Made by a program: the position numbers and the translations under genes. 64,000 nt of DNA from Squalus acanthias (lineage: Eukaryota), in the NCBI GenBank assembly GCA_030390025.1, contig CM059431.1:138634001-138698000 (forward strand), written 5' to 3'. This document shows positions 1 to 11,479 of this stretch, in pieces. Below the pieces are notes generated by a model. That model was not told the origin of the DNA. It did no database searches and saw nothing but the letters and a program-made list of their open reading frames with translations. The number at the start of each line of letters is the position of its first letter. Positions within the stretch are counted from its first letter, which is position 1.

Positions 1-1110
1 GCCCTCCAGTAACTCAGCAAGGCATCCAGTAGACAGTAATCTGCAACCACGGTAAGCCAATGGTGGAGGGAGTCAATGTTTAACCCAATGGATGTGGTGC
101 TGATCAAGCATAATGCTTTGTCCTGGATGGTGTTGAGCATCTTCAGTGTTGTTGCAACGTCACTTGTCCAGACAAATGGAAAGTGTTCCATCACTCTCCT
201 GACGTGTGTTGTAGGTGGGGGAGAGAATTTGGGGAGTCACGAGGTGAGCCACTCGCCACAGAATACCCAGCCTCTGACCTGCTCCCGTAGACACGGGGGA
301 TGTATGTGGCTGGTCCAGTTCTATTTTGTTTGATCTGGGGGACTTGTTGATAATGTCATTGACTGTCATGGCATATGGCTATGGTATCTCTGGTTGGAGA
401 TGGTCATTGCCTGACCCTGGGAACGGTAGCGTAGTGGTAATGTCACTGGGCTAGTAATCCAGAGGCCTGGACTAATGATTCAGAGACGTGAATTCAAATC
501 CCACCACAGCAGCTGGGGACTTAAATAAATCTGGAATAAAAAGCTAGTATCAGTAATGGTAACCATGAAACTATCGGATTGTCGTTAAAAACCCATCTGG
601 TTCACTAATGTATTTTAGGGAAGGAAATCTGCCGTCCTTACCTGGTCTGGCCTGTATGTGACTCCAGACCCACAGCAATGTGGTTGATCTTAACTGCCCT
701 CTGAAATGGCCTAGCAAGTCACTCAGTTGTAACTAACCATTACGAAACAAAATACCATCACCACACGGACTGCAGCGGTTCAAGAAGGCGGCTCACCACC
801 ACCTTCTCAAGGGCAACTAGCGATGGGCAATAAATGCTGGCCTTGCCAGCGACGCCCAGATCCCATAAAAGGAATTTAAAAAAAAAAAACTTATTTGGTT
901 CGAATATTATTTGCCACATATCAGGCCAAAACTGGATGTTATCCACGTATTGCTGCATGCAGGCATGGACTGCTTCATTATTGGGGGAATTGTGAATGGG
1001 GCCGAACAAACTGCAACCATCAGCGAGCAGCCCCACCTCTAACCTTATGATGGAGCGAAGGTCACTGATGAAGCAGCTGGAAGTAGTTGAGTCTAGGACG
1101 CTGGCCTGGT
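1..1110 (-). mobile_element. Degenerate CR1/L2-group LINE RT-region remnant, interrupted by a SINE
   Basis: Minus-strand peptides (AGQRLGILWRVAHLVTPQ; NEAVHACMQQ) match the better-preserved copy at 60690-61820 (AGKRLGILQRLSHLLTPQ; NEAVHARMQ). Confidence 0.75.
421..889 (+). mobile_element. tRNA-derived SINE with LINE-derived 3' tail and A-tail
   Basis: Pol III A-box-like GGTAGCGTAGTGG and B-box-like GAATTCAAATCCC; tail CAAGAAGGCGGCTCACCACCACCTTCTCAAGGGC...AATAAATGCTGGCC; ends in an A-run. Confidence 0.85.
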
Positions 1111-1559
1111 TTGAGGTCCATATTGAGGGAATTTAAAGTCAGGCAATGAAATGTAGGGTGGAGGTGGTGAAAAGGGAATTGGGTTCAAGGCCAGCGGATA
1201 ATATAAAAAGTCAGGGTTTATGAAAAGTAAAGCAATAATTCAAGGTTCTATCACTGGGGATAAAGGGGAATCTAGTTGTGGAGGATGACGTTTTGAGGAG
1301 GTATCAAAGATTTCCAATAGTTTCTAAAAATGATGGTGGGAGTGCGAGAAGGTGGACTAGAGGAGGATGCGGGATCATAGTTGGAGTTAAATGTAGGGAA
1401 GGATTTGGAGCTGAAAAAATAGCCAAGATGGGTAAGTGACTGGACCCAGAGATAACACACTCCAGGCTGTTAAATCAAATCACAGAGGAGGGAGGACAGA
1501 CTCTCCACAATTGTTCAATCTGTTTTAGATTTAAACAATACACTTGTGCACTGAAGGAG

Positions 1560-1905
1560 CCCAAGTAACGTCTCTGTTCAACAATGGAGGAGAGAGGATA
1601 AACCGGGTAACTAGAACAGTCTACGGCAGTTATGGGCAGAATGCTCGAGTCCGGAATTTAAGGTTGAATTAGTGAATGTTGAGATACAGGGGATGATCAG
1701 GGGAGGCTGGTACTGACTAACTGTAGGCAAGATGTGTTTGACAAATTTGCACGCTTTTTTTAAAGAATGGACTATATAGATCGATGGGATGCAGCATCTG
1801 CGGTGTATATGTGGTTTAAGAAGGTGTTTGATAATGCGGCTCACAGGAGGTTTCAGCTGTTTGGTATAAGAGGCAATGTAGCAGCTTGGATATAAAGTGG
1901 ATAAT
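1560..1905 (+). mobile_element. Highly degenerate CR1 RT fragment
   Basis: Remnants resembling CR1 RT motifs (tgtttgacaaattt; gtgtatatgtggtttaagaaggtgtttgataa). Confidence 0.5.
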
Positions 1906-1935
1906 GAGTTTAATTTTCTCCATTTGTGTTCACAG

Positions 1936-2102
1936 ATCCGAACTCTACAATCACTGAGTTCTTGACAGAGTGTAACGATTACCAGCTGTTCCAGTTGACG
2001 AAATTCTACCGGGACAGACTGGAACAGGCGGTTGAAGGAGGGGTGGACGGAGTCAGCTCGTTGTTAACATACGAGTGGCATTTCAGTGGACAAGAACATC
2101 GG
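1936..2102 (+). CDS. NLR gene, first visible coding exon: N-terminal death-fold (CARD-like) domain, part 1
   Basis: cacag|ATCCG...CATCGG|gtgagt; encodes (D)PNSTITEFLTECNDYQLFQLTKFYRDRLEQAVEGGVDGVSSLLTYEWHFSGQEHR; phase 1 in, phase 0 out. Confidence 0.85.
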
Positions 2103-2679
2103 GTGAGTGGGAGGGACACAGAATGAGTTTGGGTTATTTAAATATCACAGAAGCAACAGGAAATCAGATCTTCGAATCATAGAATGTTACAGAAGAAAAA
2201 TGGCAACTAGGAAAGAAAGGGTTAAAGCTGTTAATATTTTAAAACAGAAACAACAAAAATGTGAAAATACCCACTGGATCCATCAGTCTATGTAAAAAGG
2301 ACAGGGTAACGGGTACGATATTATCCTTTGTGGGCTGAAGTCCAAGGGAACCAAGAATTTTAGCAGGTTCTCTCAGAGACAAGAGACAACTAGCCGGAGT
2401 TTTAGGGAAGGTCATGAGTTGAATATCCAACAAAGTATATAAAGTAAATTGAGGAACTGTGATGATTTTTAAAAATCCGCTGCGGGTTAAAGGAAAGATA
2501 TTTTTATAAAATACTAAACTAGTGAACAAGTATTGAACCCAAACAACCCCAAAAAACCGGTGGGGAATGTCCGATTAACCGAATAGAATGATCCCAATTA
2601 TATTGATTCAGATACCAACGATAAATCAACTTGTTGGTTCTATGAAGATCCTCAGGATGTTCAAGCAAATTATCCAGCT

Positions 2680-3300
2680 ACAGTTAGTAGAATCACAGGA
2701 ACTTACAGCAAGAAAGAAGCAGGCCACGTCGTGCCTGTGCTGGCTCTTTGAAAGAGCAGCCGAGCTCAGTCCCACACGCCCACTATTTGTCCGTAACCCT
2801 GCAAGTTCCTCATCCACAAGTACCTGTCTAACTCCCTTTAAAGCTATTGATGGCATCAGCTTACATCACCTTTTCAGGTCGAGCGATCCAGATCCCGACA
2901 TCACTCTGAGTGAAAACAATTCTCCTCATCACCCCTCTTGATCTTTTGCCAATGAATTTAAATCTATGTCCTCTGGTTATTGGCCCACTCGCCAGACGGA
3001 ATAGTTTTTTCTCTCTGTCAAAACTTTTTATCATCTTGAAACTCTCTATTAGGTCACCTGTTATCCTTCTCTGTTCTAAAGAGAACAGTCCTGACTTTCC
3101 CGATCTAGTAATAGTACATCCTTTTGTACTCTGTCTCTATTTATAAAACTAGGAATCCCGCCTGTTTTTTAACAGCTTTCTCAACTGATTCTGCCAACTT
3201 CAAATAATTCTCTACATAAACCCCGAGGTCTCTGTTCCTTCACCCTGTGTAAAATTGTACAGTTTAGTTTGTATTGCCTCTCCTCATTCTTTCTTCGAAA
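2680..3300 (-). mobile_element. Older CR1 LINE, 3' part (continues at ~6530-7215)
   Basis: Degenerate CR1 C-terminal sequence and tail; peptide RKNEERQYKLN; sequence resumes after the nested CR1. Confidence 0.7.
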
Positions 3301-5060
3301 CATAGAGTCATAGAGAAATACAGCACAGAAAGAGGCCCTTCGGCCCATCGTGTCCACTCCGGCCATCAAGACCTGTCTATTCTAATCCCATTTTCCAGCA
3401 CTTGGTCCGTAGCCTTGTATGCTATGGCGTTTCAAGTGCTCATCTAAATGCTTCTTGAATGTTGAGGGTTCCTGTCTTTACCACCCTTTCAGGCGGTGAG
3501 TTCCAGATTCCAAACACCCTCTGGGTGAAAGTTTTTCCTCAAATCCCCTCTAAACCTCCTGCCCCTTACCTTGAAACTATGCCCCCTGGTTATTGAGCCC
3601 TCTACTAAGGGGAAAAGTTCCTTTCTATCTACCCTATCTATGCCCTACATAATTTGTGCACCTAAATCAGGTCCCTCCTCAGCCTACTCTGCTCTAAGGA
3701 AAATAACCCCAGCCTGTCCAGTCTCTCTTCATAGCTGAAGCGCTCCAGCCCAGTAACATCCTGGTGAATCTCCTCTGCACCCTCTCTAATGCAATCACAT
3801 CCTTCCTATAGTATGGTGACCAGAACTGCACACAGTATTCCAGCTGTGGCCGAACTAGCGTTTTCTACAGCTCCATCATAACCTCCCTGCTCTTATATTC
3901 TATGCCTCGGCTAATGAAGGCATATGCCTTCTTAACCACCTTATCTACCTGTCCTGCTGCCTTCAGGGATCTATGTACATGCACACCAAGGTCCCTCTGA
4001 TCCAGTGTCGTTCCTAGGGTCCTACCATTCATTGTGTATTCCCTTGCCTTGTTAGTCCTCCCAAAATGCATCACCTCACACTTTTCAGGGTTAAATTCCA
4101 TTTGCCACTGTTCTGACCAAAAGTCTATATCATCCTGTAGCCTGAGGCTTCCCTACTCGTTATTTACCACTCCACCAATTTTCATGTCGTCTGCGAACTT
4201 ACTGATCATAGCTCCTACATTCCTATCTAAATCATTAATGTACACACAAACAGCAAGGGACCCAGCACCGATCCCTGCGTTACACCACTGGACACAGGCT
4301 TCCAGTCACAAAAACAACCTTCGACCATCCCCCTCTGCCTCCTGCCACTAAACCAATTTTGGATCCAATGTGCCAAATTGCCCTGGATCCCATGGGCTCT
4401 TACTTTCTTGACCAGTCTCCCATGCGGGACCTTGTCAAAAGCCTTTCTGAAGTCCATGTAGACTACATCAACTGCACTACCCTCATCCACATACCTAGTC
4501 ACCCTCTCTCAAAATTCAATCACATTGGTTAGACATGATCTCCCCCTGAAAAAGCCATGCTGACTATCCTTGATTAATCCTTGCCTCTACAAGTGGAGAC
4601 TAATTCTGTCCCTCAGAATTTTTTCCAATAATTTCCCTACCACTGATGTTAGGCTCACTGGCCTGTAATTCCCTGGTTTATCCCTACTATCCTTTTTGAA
4701 TAATGGTACTACATTAACTGTCCTCCAGTCCTCTGGCAACTCCCCTGTGGCCAGAGAGGATCTGAAAATTTGTGTCCGAGCCCCTGCAATCTCCTCCCTT
4801 GCCTCACACAGCAGCCTGGGATACATCTCGTCTGGGCCTGGGGATTTATCCACTTTTAAGCCCGCTAAAACCACTAATACCTCCTCCCCCTCGATGCTAA
4901 TTTGTTCAAGCATATCACAATCCCCCTGCCTGATTTCTATGCTTACATCGTCCTTCTCCATAGTGAACACAGATGCAAAATATCCATTTAAAACCTCACC
5001 CACATCTTCTGGCTCTACACACACATTGCCACTTTGGTCCCTAATGGGCCCTACTCTTTC

Positions 5061-5810
5061 GATAGCAAAATACTGCGGATGCAGGAAATCCAAAATAACA
5101 ACAGAAAACGCTGGAAAAACTCAGCAGGCCAGGCAGCATCCGTGGAGAGAGAAACAGAGTTAACGTTTCAGGTCGAAGACCTTTCGTCAGAACTGGAAAA
5201 AAGCAGGAAATGAAATAGATTTAAAGCTGGGAAAAGGGGGACGGGATGAAAGAACAAAAGGAGAGATTAAGAGACATTGAGAGACATTAAGAGATAATCA
5301 TGGCCAGAGGCGGTGTTGATGTAACAGGTTGAGGTTAAATGAAGTGTGAAATGCACTGGCAGAATGAAGGACAGCTGCCAGCTTCTGGGAGGGGAAAAAA
5401 AAAGGGGGGGGGCAAACAAAAGGGTGGATGAAAAAATAAAAAATAAATGTGATAGGGGCCGAGGTTATTATCTAAAATTGTTGAACTTGATATTGAGTCC
5501 AGAGGGCTGTAGAGTGCCTAAAGAAAAGATGAGGTGCTGTTCCTCGAGCTTACGCTGCGCTTCCGTGGAACAGTGTAATAGGCCGGGGATGGTGAGGTCA
5601 GAGTGGGAGTGGAGCGGAGAATTAAAATGACAGGCCACCGGGAGCTCGGGGTCCCCCTTATGGACTGAACGGAGGTGTTCAGCAAAGCGTTCACCCAATC
5701 TGCGTTTGGTCTTCCCAATGTAGAGGAGACCACATCGTGAGCAGCGAATACAGTATGCTAAATTGCAGGAAGTACAAGTAAATCGCTGTTTCACCTGGAA
5801 GGGGTGTTTG
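5061..5810 (-). mobile_element. Penelope-like element 3' fragment (GIY-YIG endonuclease plus pLTR) inserted in CR1
   Basis: ORF 5468-5794 YCIRCSRCGLLYIGKTKRRLGERFAEHL...HFN; flanked by gggccct(a/g)ctctttc at 5046-5060 and 5811-5825. Confidence 0.9.
5158..5194 (-). ncRNA. Minimal type I hammerhead ribozyme motif in Penelope pLTR
   Basis: Minus strand AGTT-CTGACGA-A-AGGTC-TTC-GACCT-GAAACGTT-AACT: conserved core, 5-bp stem II, palindromic stem III, AGUU/AACU stem I. Confidence 0.75.
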
Positions 5811-6529
5811 GGGCCCTGCTCTTTCCCTGGTTATCCTCTTGCCCTTAATATACTTATAAAACACCTTGGGATTTTCCTTTAATTTGCCTGCCAGTGTTTT
5901 TTCATGCCCTCTCTTTGCTCTCCTAATTTCTTTAAGTACCCCCCTGCACTTTCTGTACCCTTCTTGGGCTTCCACTGTTTTTAGTCCTTTTGTATCTGCC
6001 AAATGCCTCCCTTTTTTTTCCTAATCCATTCTCGTATATCCCTTGACATCCAGGGTTCCCTGGGCTTGTTGGTCCGACCCTTGACCTTTACGGGAACATG
6101 TTGGCGCTGTACTCACTCTTTTCTCTCTCTCTCTCTCTCTTTCCTTTCTGAATGACTCCCACTGCTCTCGTGGATTTTCCTACAAGTAGCTGATCCCAGT
6201 CCACTTTGGCCAGATCCTGCCTTATCATATTAAAATCGGCCTTCCCCCAATTTAGGACCTTTATTTCCGGTCCATCTTTGTCCTTTTCCATCACTGTCAC
6301 TAAAATGCTCTCCTACTGACACTTCTACCACTTGCCCGGCTACATTCCCTAGAATTAGGTCCAGTCCCGCCCCCTCTCTTATAGAACTTTCTACATGCTG
6401 GCTCAAAAAACACTCCTGGATGCACTTTAAGAATTCTGCACCCTCTAAGCCTTTCACACTCTGACTGTCCCAGTTAATATTGGGGAAGTTGAAATCCCCT
6501 ACTATTATTATTATATCAATTCACACTTC

Positions 6530-7215
6530 TCTGTCATGTGTCTGCCCATTTCCCCAGTCTGTCTATGCCCTCCTGAAGTCTGCTATTATCCTTCTCACTA
6601 TTTACTACCTTTGAGTTCTGCGCAATCTGCAATTTTTTTAAAAATTATGCTCTGTATCCCCAAGTGCAGGTCATTAATATATATCGAAAAGAGCAGTCGT
6701 CCTAATACTGAGCCCTGTGGGACAACACTGTACTCTTTCCTCCAGTCTGAAAAACAGCCGTTTACAACTGCTCTCTGTTTTCTTTCCCTTAGACAATGTT
6801 ATATCAACGCTGCCACTGCCCATTTAATCCCATGGGCTTCTAATTTGCTAGCATGTCTATTACGTGGTTCTTGGTCAAACGTCTTTTGAAAGTCCATATA
6901 CACAACATCAACCGCACTACCCTTGTCAACCGTTAATTCATTAAACAACTCAATCAATTTATTCAACCACGATATGCCTTTAATAATTCCATGCTGGCTG
7001 TAATTTATTAACCCATGTTTTTTCCAAGGGAATATTTTGTCCTGGATTATTGTGTCTAAAAGTTTCTCCACTATCGAGGTTAGGCTGACTGGCCTGTTGT
7101 TGCTGGGTTCATCCCTCTCCCCTTTTTTGAACAGGGGTGTAACATTTGCAACTCTCCACTCCGCTGGCACCATTCACAAGTCCAAGGAGTATTGGAAGAA
7201 TTTGGCTCGAGCCAT
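6530..7215 (-). mobile_element. Older CR1 LINE, RT region (continuation of 2680-3300)
   Basis: ORF 6799-7173 WRVANVTPLFKKG...RPVSLTS...VDVVYMDFQKTFD. Confidence 0.85.
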
Positions 7216-7903
7216 TAGCTGCAGTTCCTGAGAAGCAGTAAATTTTTTGTCTGCGAATTTTAATATCTGGTTCTGCAAATATTCTGCTGACCAGTATCAT
7301 TTATCTGGAGGGAAGATCATCATTCACCCATTTCAAACAAACTAGCGAAGTTAGTGTCAAAAGGATAAACTGGTAACGAATATTCACTTAAAGTAAGTTA
7401 AATACCCTGATCCAGCTGTTGAACAGAATCAGCAGCCTTGAATTCAATAAACTGGCCCAATATGGGGTGACATTGATCTTCAGTATTGTGAAATGGGCTC
7501 ACAGCGAATCAGCGCCCATTTTCCATCGCGCCCGATTTTCCCTCCTGTTGCAGAGTCAGTGTCAGGCTGAACTCAGCAGCAACAAGCAAAGTATCTGTGT
7601 TCAAATTGCTGAGGATGGTCGGTGATTCGACACATTGCTCTGAATTTAGTGATAGATATTTGAAATAAAGCAGCGCACAGTTGTGCCAGAGACAGGTGTG
7701 GAAGGGGGAGTATTGTGAGAGTGCACAGGACCGAAAGCAGGCTCTGTTCCCGGTGGGAAACCAACACCACCTTGTTTTCCTCCTCCTGCTCCACCCAGGC
7801 TGTCCTCTCGCCCAAGTGCTGTAAGAGGACAATCTGCCCCAGTTCATTTTCACTGCAGGCCCTTCACTCCGCTCATCAATATATTCATTATTATTCTCTA
7901 CAG

Positions 7904-8075
7904 AAAGTCACTGAGCTCGTGGAGAAGGGAAACCGGGCGGACAGTTCCAAACTTCTCCTAAATCTGGTGATGGAGAAAGGCTCTGTGGCCCGAAGGACAA
8001 TGTGGGAATCCTTTGTGAAAATGCGCCATGGGGTGCCAAAGCTGGACAAAATACTGAGAGACATACAGGAACACG
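7904..8075 (+). CDS. NLR gene exon: death-fold (CARD-like) domain, part 2
   Basis: ctacag|AAAGTC...CACG|gtacgg; KVTELVEKGNRADSSKLLLNLVMEKGSVARRTMWESFVKMRHGVPKLDKILRDIQEH; phase 0 in, phase 1 out. Confidence 0.85.
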
Positions 8076-8179
8076 GTACGGTAAAATCACACACTGAATT
8101 CAGTTTCACATCTAAAATTACATATTTTACTAAAGTAGTGCACAGATTTGCTTTCATGAAAACTAATTTATTTAAACAG

Positions 8180-8245
8180 GCTTCTTTCGATTTAATGACA
8201 TGAAAGCCACAGAATGTTTATCCGAAGTTCCCAGTCAGCTGAAAG
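8180..8245 (+). CDS. NLR gene 66-nt linker exon
   Basis: aaacag|GCTTC...GAAAG|gtaggt; phase 1-1; gives GFFRFNDMKATECLSEVPSQLK(D), in frame with the NACHT exon. Confidence 0.8.
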
Positions 8246-8499
8246 GTAGGTGATGGGGTGAAGATTTCAAACAGATTATTTCGGTTCTGATTATCAGAGG
8301 CTTTAACTTTGACCATTGGTTTAGACATTTCTAGAATCTGGGGGTGAGAAGTTCAAGAGCTGGGCAAACAGAATTAAACTTCATTTTCACTTGTCACTGA
8401 TTCTGAAATGTGTCCTTGAAATGTGTGGGATGAAGTTACCATTAACACCAGGTTTGGGATTAACTTTAAATATTCGTTGCAAACTGCCGGCGTGACATC

Positions 8500-10765
8500 G
8501 GCCGTCTCGATTTTCTCTGCTCCCCTCGCTCACTCCAACCTACCTCCCTCTGAACTTGCAGCACTCCATTCTCTCAGATCCAACCCCAGCATTCTCATTA
8601 AACCTGCTGACAAGGGTGGTGCTGTTGTTGTTTGGTGAACCGACCTCTACCTAGCGGAGGCTGAACGCCAACTCTCCGACACCTCCTCCTACCTTCGCCT
8701 GGACCATGACCCCACTACCGAACATCAAGCCATCGTTTCCAAGACTGTCACTGACTTCATCTCCTCTGGAGATCTTCCCTCCACGACCGCCAACCTCATA
8801 GTTTCCCAACCCCGCACAGCCCGCTTCTACCTCCTCCCCAAATCCACAAACAGGACTGCCCTGGTAGAACCATCGTTTCAGCCTGTTCTTGCCCCACGGA
8901 ACTTATCTCTTCCTATCTCGACTCTTTTTTCTCCCCTTGTCCAGTCTCTTCACACCTACATCCGCGACACTTCCAATGCCCTCCACCACTTTAACAATTT
9001 CCAGTTTCCTGGCCCCAAACGCCTCCTTTTCACTATGGGCGTCCAATCCCTCTACACCTCCATCCCCCACCAGGATGGCCTGAGGGCGCTCCGCTTCTTC
9101 CTTGAACAAAGGCCCAACCAGTCCCCATCCACCACCACCCTCCTCCGCCTGGCTGAACTTGTTCTCACGTTGAACAACTTCTCCTTTGACTCCACTAACT
9201 TCCTCCAAATTAATGGTGTTGCTATGGGAACCCGCATGGGTCCTAGCTATGCCTGCCTTTTTGTGGGATATGTGGAACACTCTTTGTTCCAGTCCTACTC
9301 GGGTCCCCTCCCTCACCTCTTTTTCCGGTACATTGATGACTGTATCGATGCCGCTTCCTGCTCTTGCCCTGAACGAGATCATTTCAATCACTTTGTTTCC
9401 AATTTCCACCCTTCCCTCACCTTCACATGGTCCATCTCTGACTCTTCCCTTCCCTTCCTCGACTTCTCTACTGCATCTCTGGGGATAGGCTATTGACAAA
9501 CATTCACTACAAGCCCACTGACTCCCACAGCTACCTGGACTGCACTTCCTGCCAACCCGCTTCCTGTAACGACTCTATTCCATTCTCCCAGTTTCTCTGT
9601 CTCCACCGCATCTGCTCTGACGATGCCACCTTCCATACTAGTGTTTCTGACATGTCTTCCTTTTTCCTAACTGAGGATTCCCCTCTACCGTGGTTGACAC
9701 GGCTCTTGACCGTGTCCATTCTATTTCCCGCACCTCTACTCTCACCCCTACCTCTCCCTCCCGGAACCACAATATGGTTTCCTTTGTCCTCACCTTTCAC
9801 CCCACCAGCCTCCACATTCAACGGATCATTTTCCGCCACCTCCAGCGTGATCCCAGCACCAAACACATCTTCCCCTCACCTCCCCTTTCAGCGTTCCGAA
9901 GGGACTGCTCCCTCCACGACACCCTGGTCCACTCCTCTATCACCCCCAACATATCTTCTGCTTCCCACGGCACCTTCCCGTGCAAGCGCAGGAGATGCAA
10001 CACCTGCTCTTTTACCTCCACCCTTCACACTGTCCAGGGCCCTAAACACTCCTTCCAGGTGAAACAGCGATTTTCTTGTTGTACTTGCAATTTAGTATAC
10101 TGTATTCGCTGCTCATAATGCGGTCTCCTACATTGGGGAGAGCAAATGCAGATTGGGTGACTGCTTTGCAGAACACCTCCGTTCAGTCCATAAGGATGAC
10201 CCTGAGCTTCCGGTCGCCTGTCACTTTAATTCTCCGCTCCAGTCCCACTCTGACCTCTTTGTCCTCAGCCTCTTACACTGTTGCTATGAAGCTCAACGTA
10301 AGCTCGAGGAACAGCACCTCATCTTTCGATTAGGCACTTTACATCCTTCTGGACTCAACATCGAGTTCAACAATTTCAGTCCATAACCTCTGTCCATATC
10401 ATTTTTTTCTCTCTCTCACATGGCAGCGGTTGATGATTCTGCCATTGCCATTTACACTTCATCTCGAGTCATCTTTTGTTTCTTAACTTGTCCCAATACC
10501 ATCTCTTTTTGCCTTGCACCATCATCCCTTTTGTCTTTTAATCTCTCCTGCCTTCCATCCTATTTCAGACCTTTCCTTTTGTTCTTTCATCTCCTCCCCC
10601 CACTCCCTGCCTCTACACTTGCTTAAAAACCTGTTCCATCTCCAACTTTTTCCAGTTCTGACGAAGGGTCATCGACCTGAAACGTTAACTCTGATTCTCT
10701 CTCTCCAGATTCTGTCCGACCTGCTGAGTATTTCCAGCATTTTCTGTTTTTATTTTAAATTTGCA
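8500..10765 (+). mobile_element. Penelope-like retroelement (RT, GIY-YIG, pLTR), frameshifted
   Basis: IKPADKGGAVVVW, SLYTSIPH, GVAMGTRMGPSYACLF, FFRYIDD, YKPTDSHSYL, YCIRCS, FAEHLRSV...HFN; terminal pLTR. Confidence 0.93.
10654..10690 (+). ncRNA. Minimal type I hammerhead ribozyme motif in Penelope pLTR
   Basis: AGTT-CTGACGA-A-GGGTC-ATC-GACCT-GAAACGTT-AACT. Confidence 0.75.
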
Positions 10766-11479
10766 GATGTTGTCATTACTCCAGTGGTTTATCCAGCAGT
10801 TCATGTGACTGGCCTTTGCTGCCAGTGGACATCACTGACCGGGATAAAACATCAAGCTCCCAGTGGTCAGTCTGTCTAATACACCGATTAATCAGCAGAG
10901 AAAATTAATTTATTGCGGCTTCCCTGGATGACTCAAATGGATGATGTACCAGTGAGTGTTTAGCCATAGGCCTAGATATTCGGTCGCACACTCCCGGTTA
11001 TCGAGCTCCTGCGGCCAATATTGTGGGCAGGAAGCGCACTCACATTTCCAGCCTGAATTGTGGATCGGGCATTGCTGTGCTGACGGGAGATCACACCAGT
11101 ATAATATAAGAGTGAATATATTATGTAAATAAGGGTCCAGTGCTTCCTGCTGGACCCTTTCCCGCTTTGGGTATGCTGCACCATCTCACACCACGTGCTG
11201 AATCCGCCCAGCAACACCTGACGCAAACCGGCAGGAAGGACCCCTGACCAGCACTATTGAAAGGAATCATGGGGAACTTACAGTTTGGTAATTGCCTTGT
11301 CGGTTCAGGCAGCTGCTTAACTTCTGGGCGTTTCTTGCTGTGTTTTATCATTCTGGAAATTTTGCTTTGTCTAAAAAGAGCAAGATGCTGCTGATCTTGC
11401 ACTGATGTTGACTCACTCATAGATAGTTTGACTGCAGTCATGAGTGGTGGCATAGGACTGCCTTTGGGACTGAAGAAGG

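Larger units (their letters stand above)
3301..6530 (-). mobile_element. CR1 (HER1-like) LINE, 5'-truncated and frameshifted, nested in an older CR1
   Basis: ORF fragments MEFNPEKCEVMHFG, VDVVYMDFRKAFDKVPH, KSPGPDEMYPRLL, LDLILGN; 3' tail at 3301. Confidence 0.92.

Noticed and set aside
1110..1930. Search for the NLR start exon
   Set aside because: No ATG-bearing exon with a phase-1 donor could be supported; the ATG at ~1584 is closed by a stop and lies in CR1 remnant sequence.
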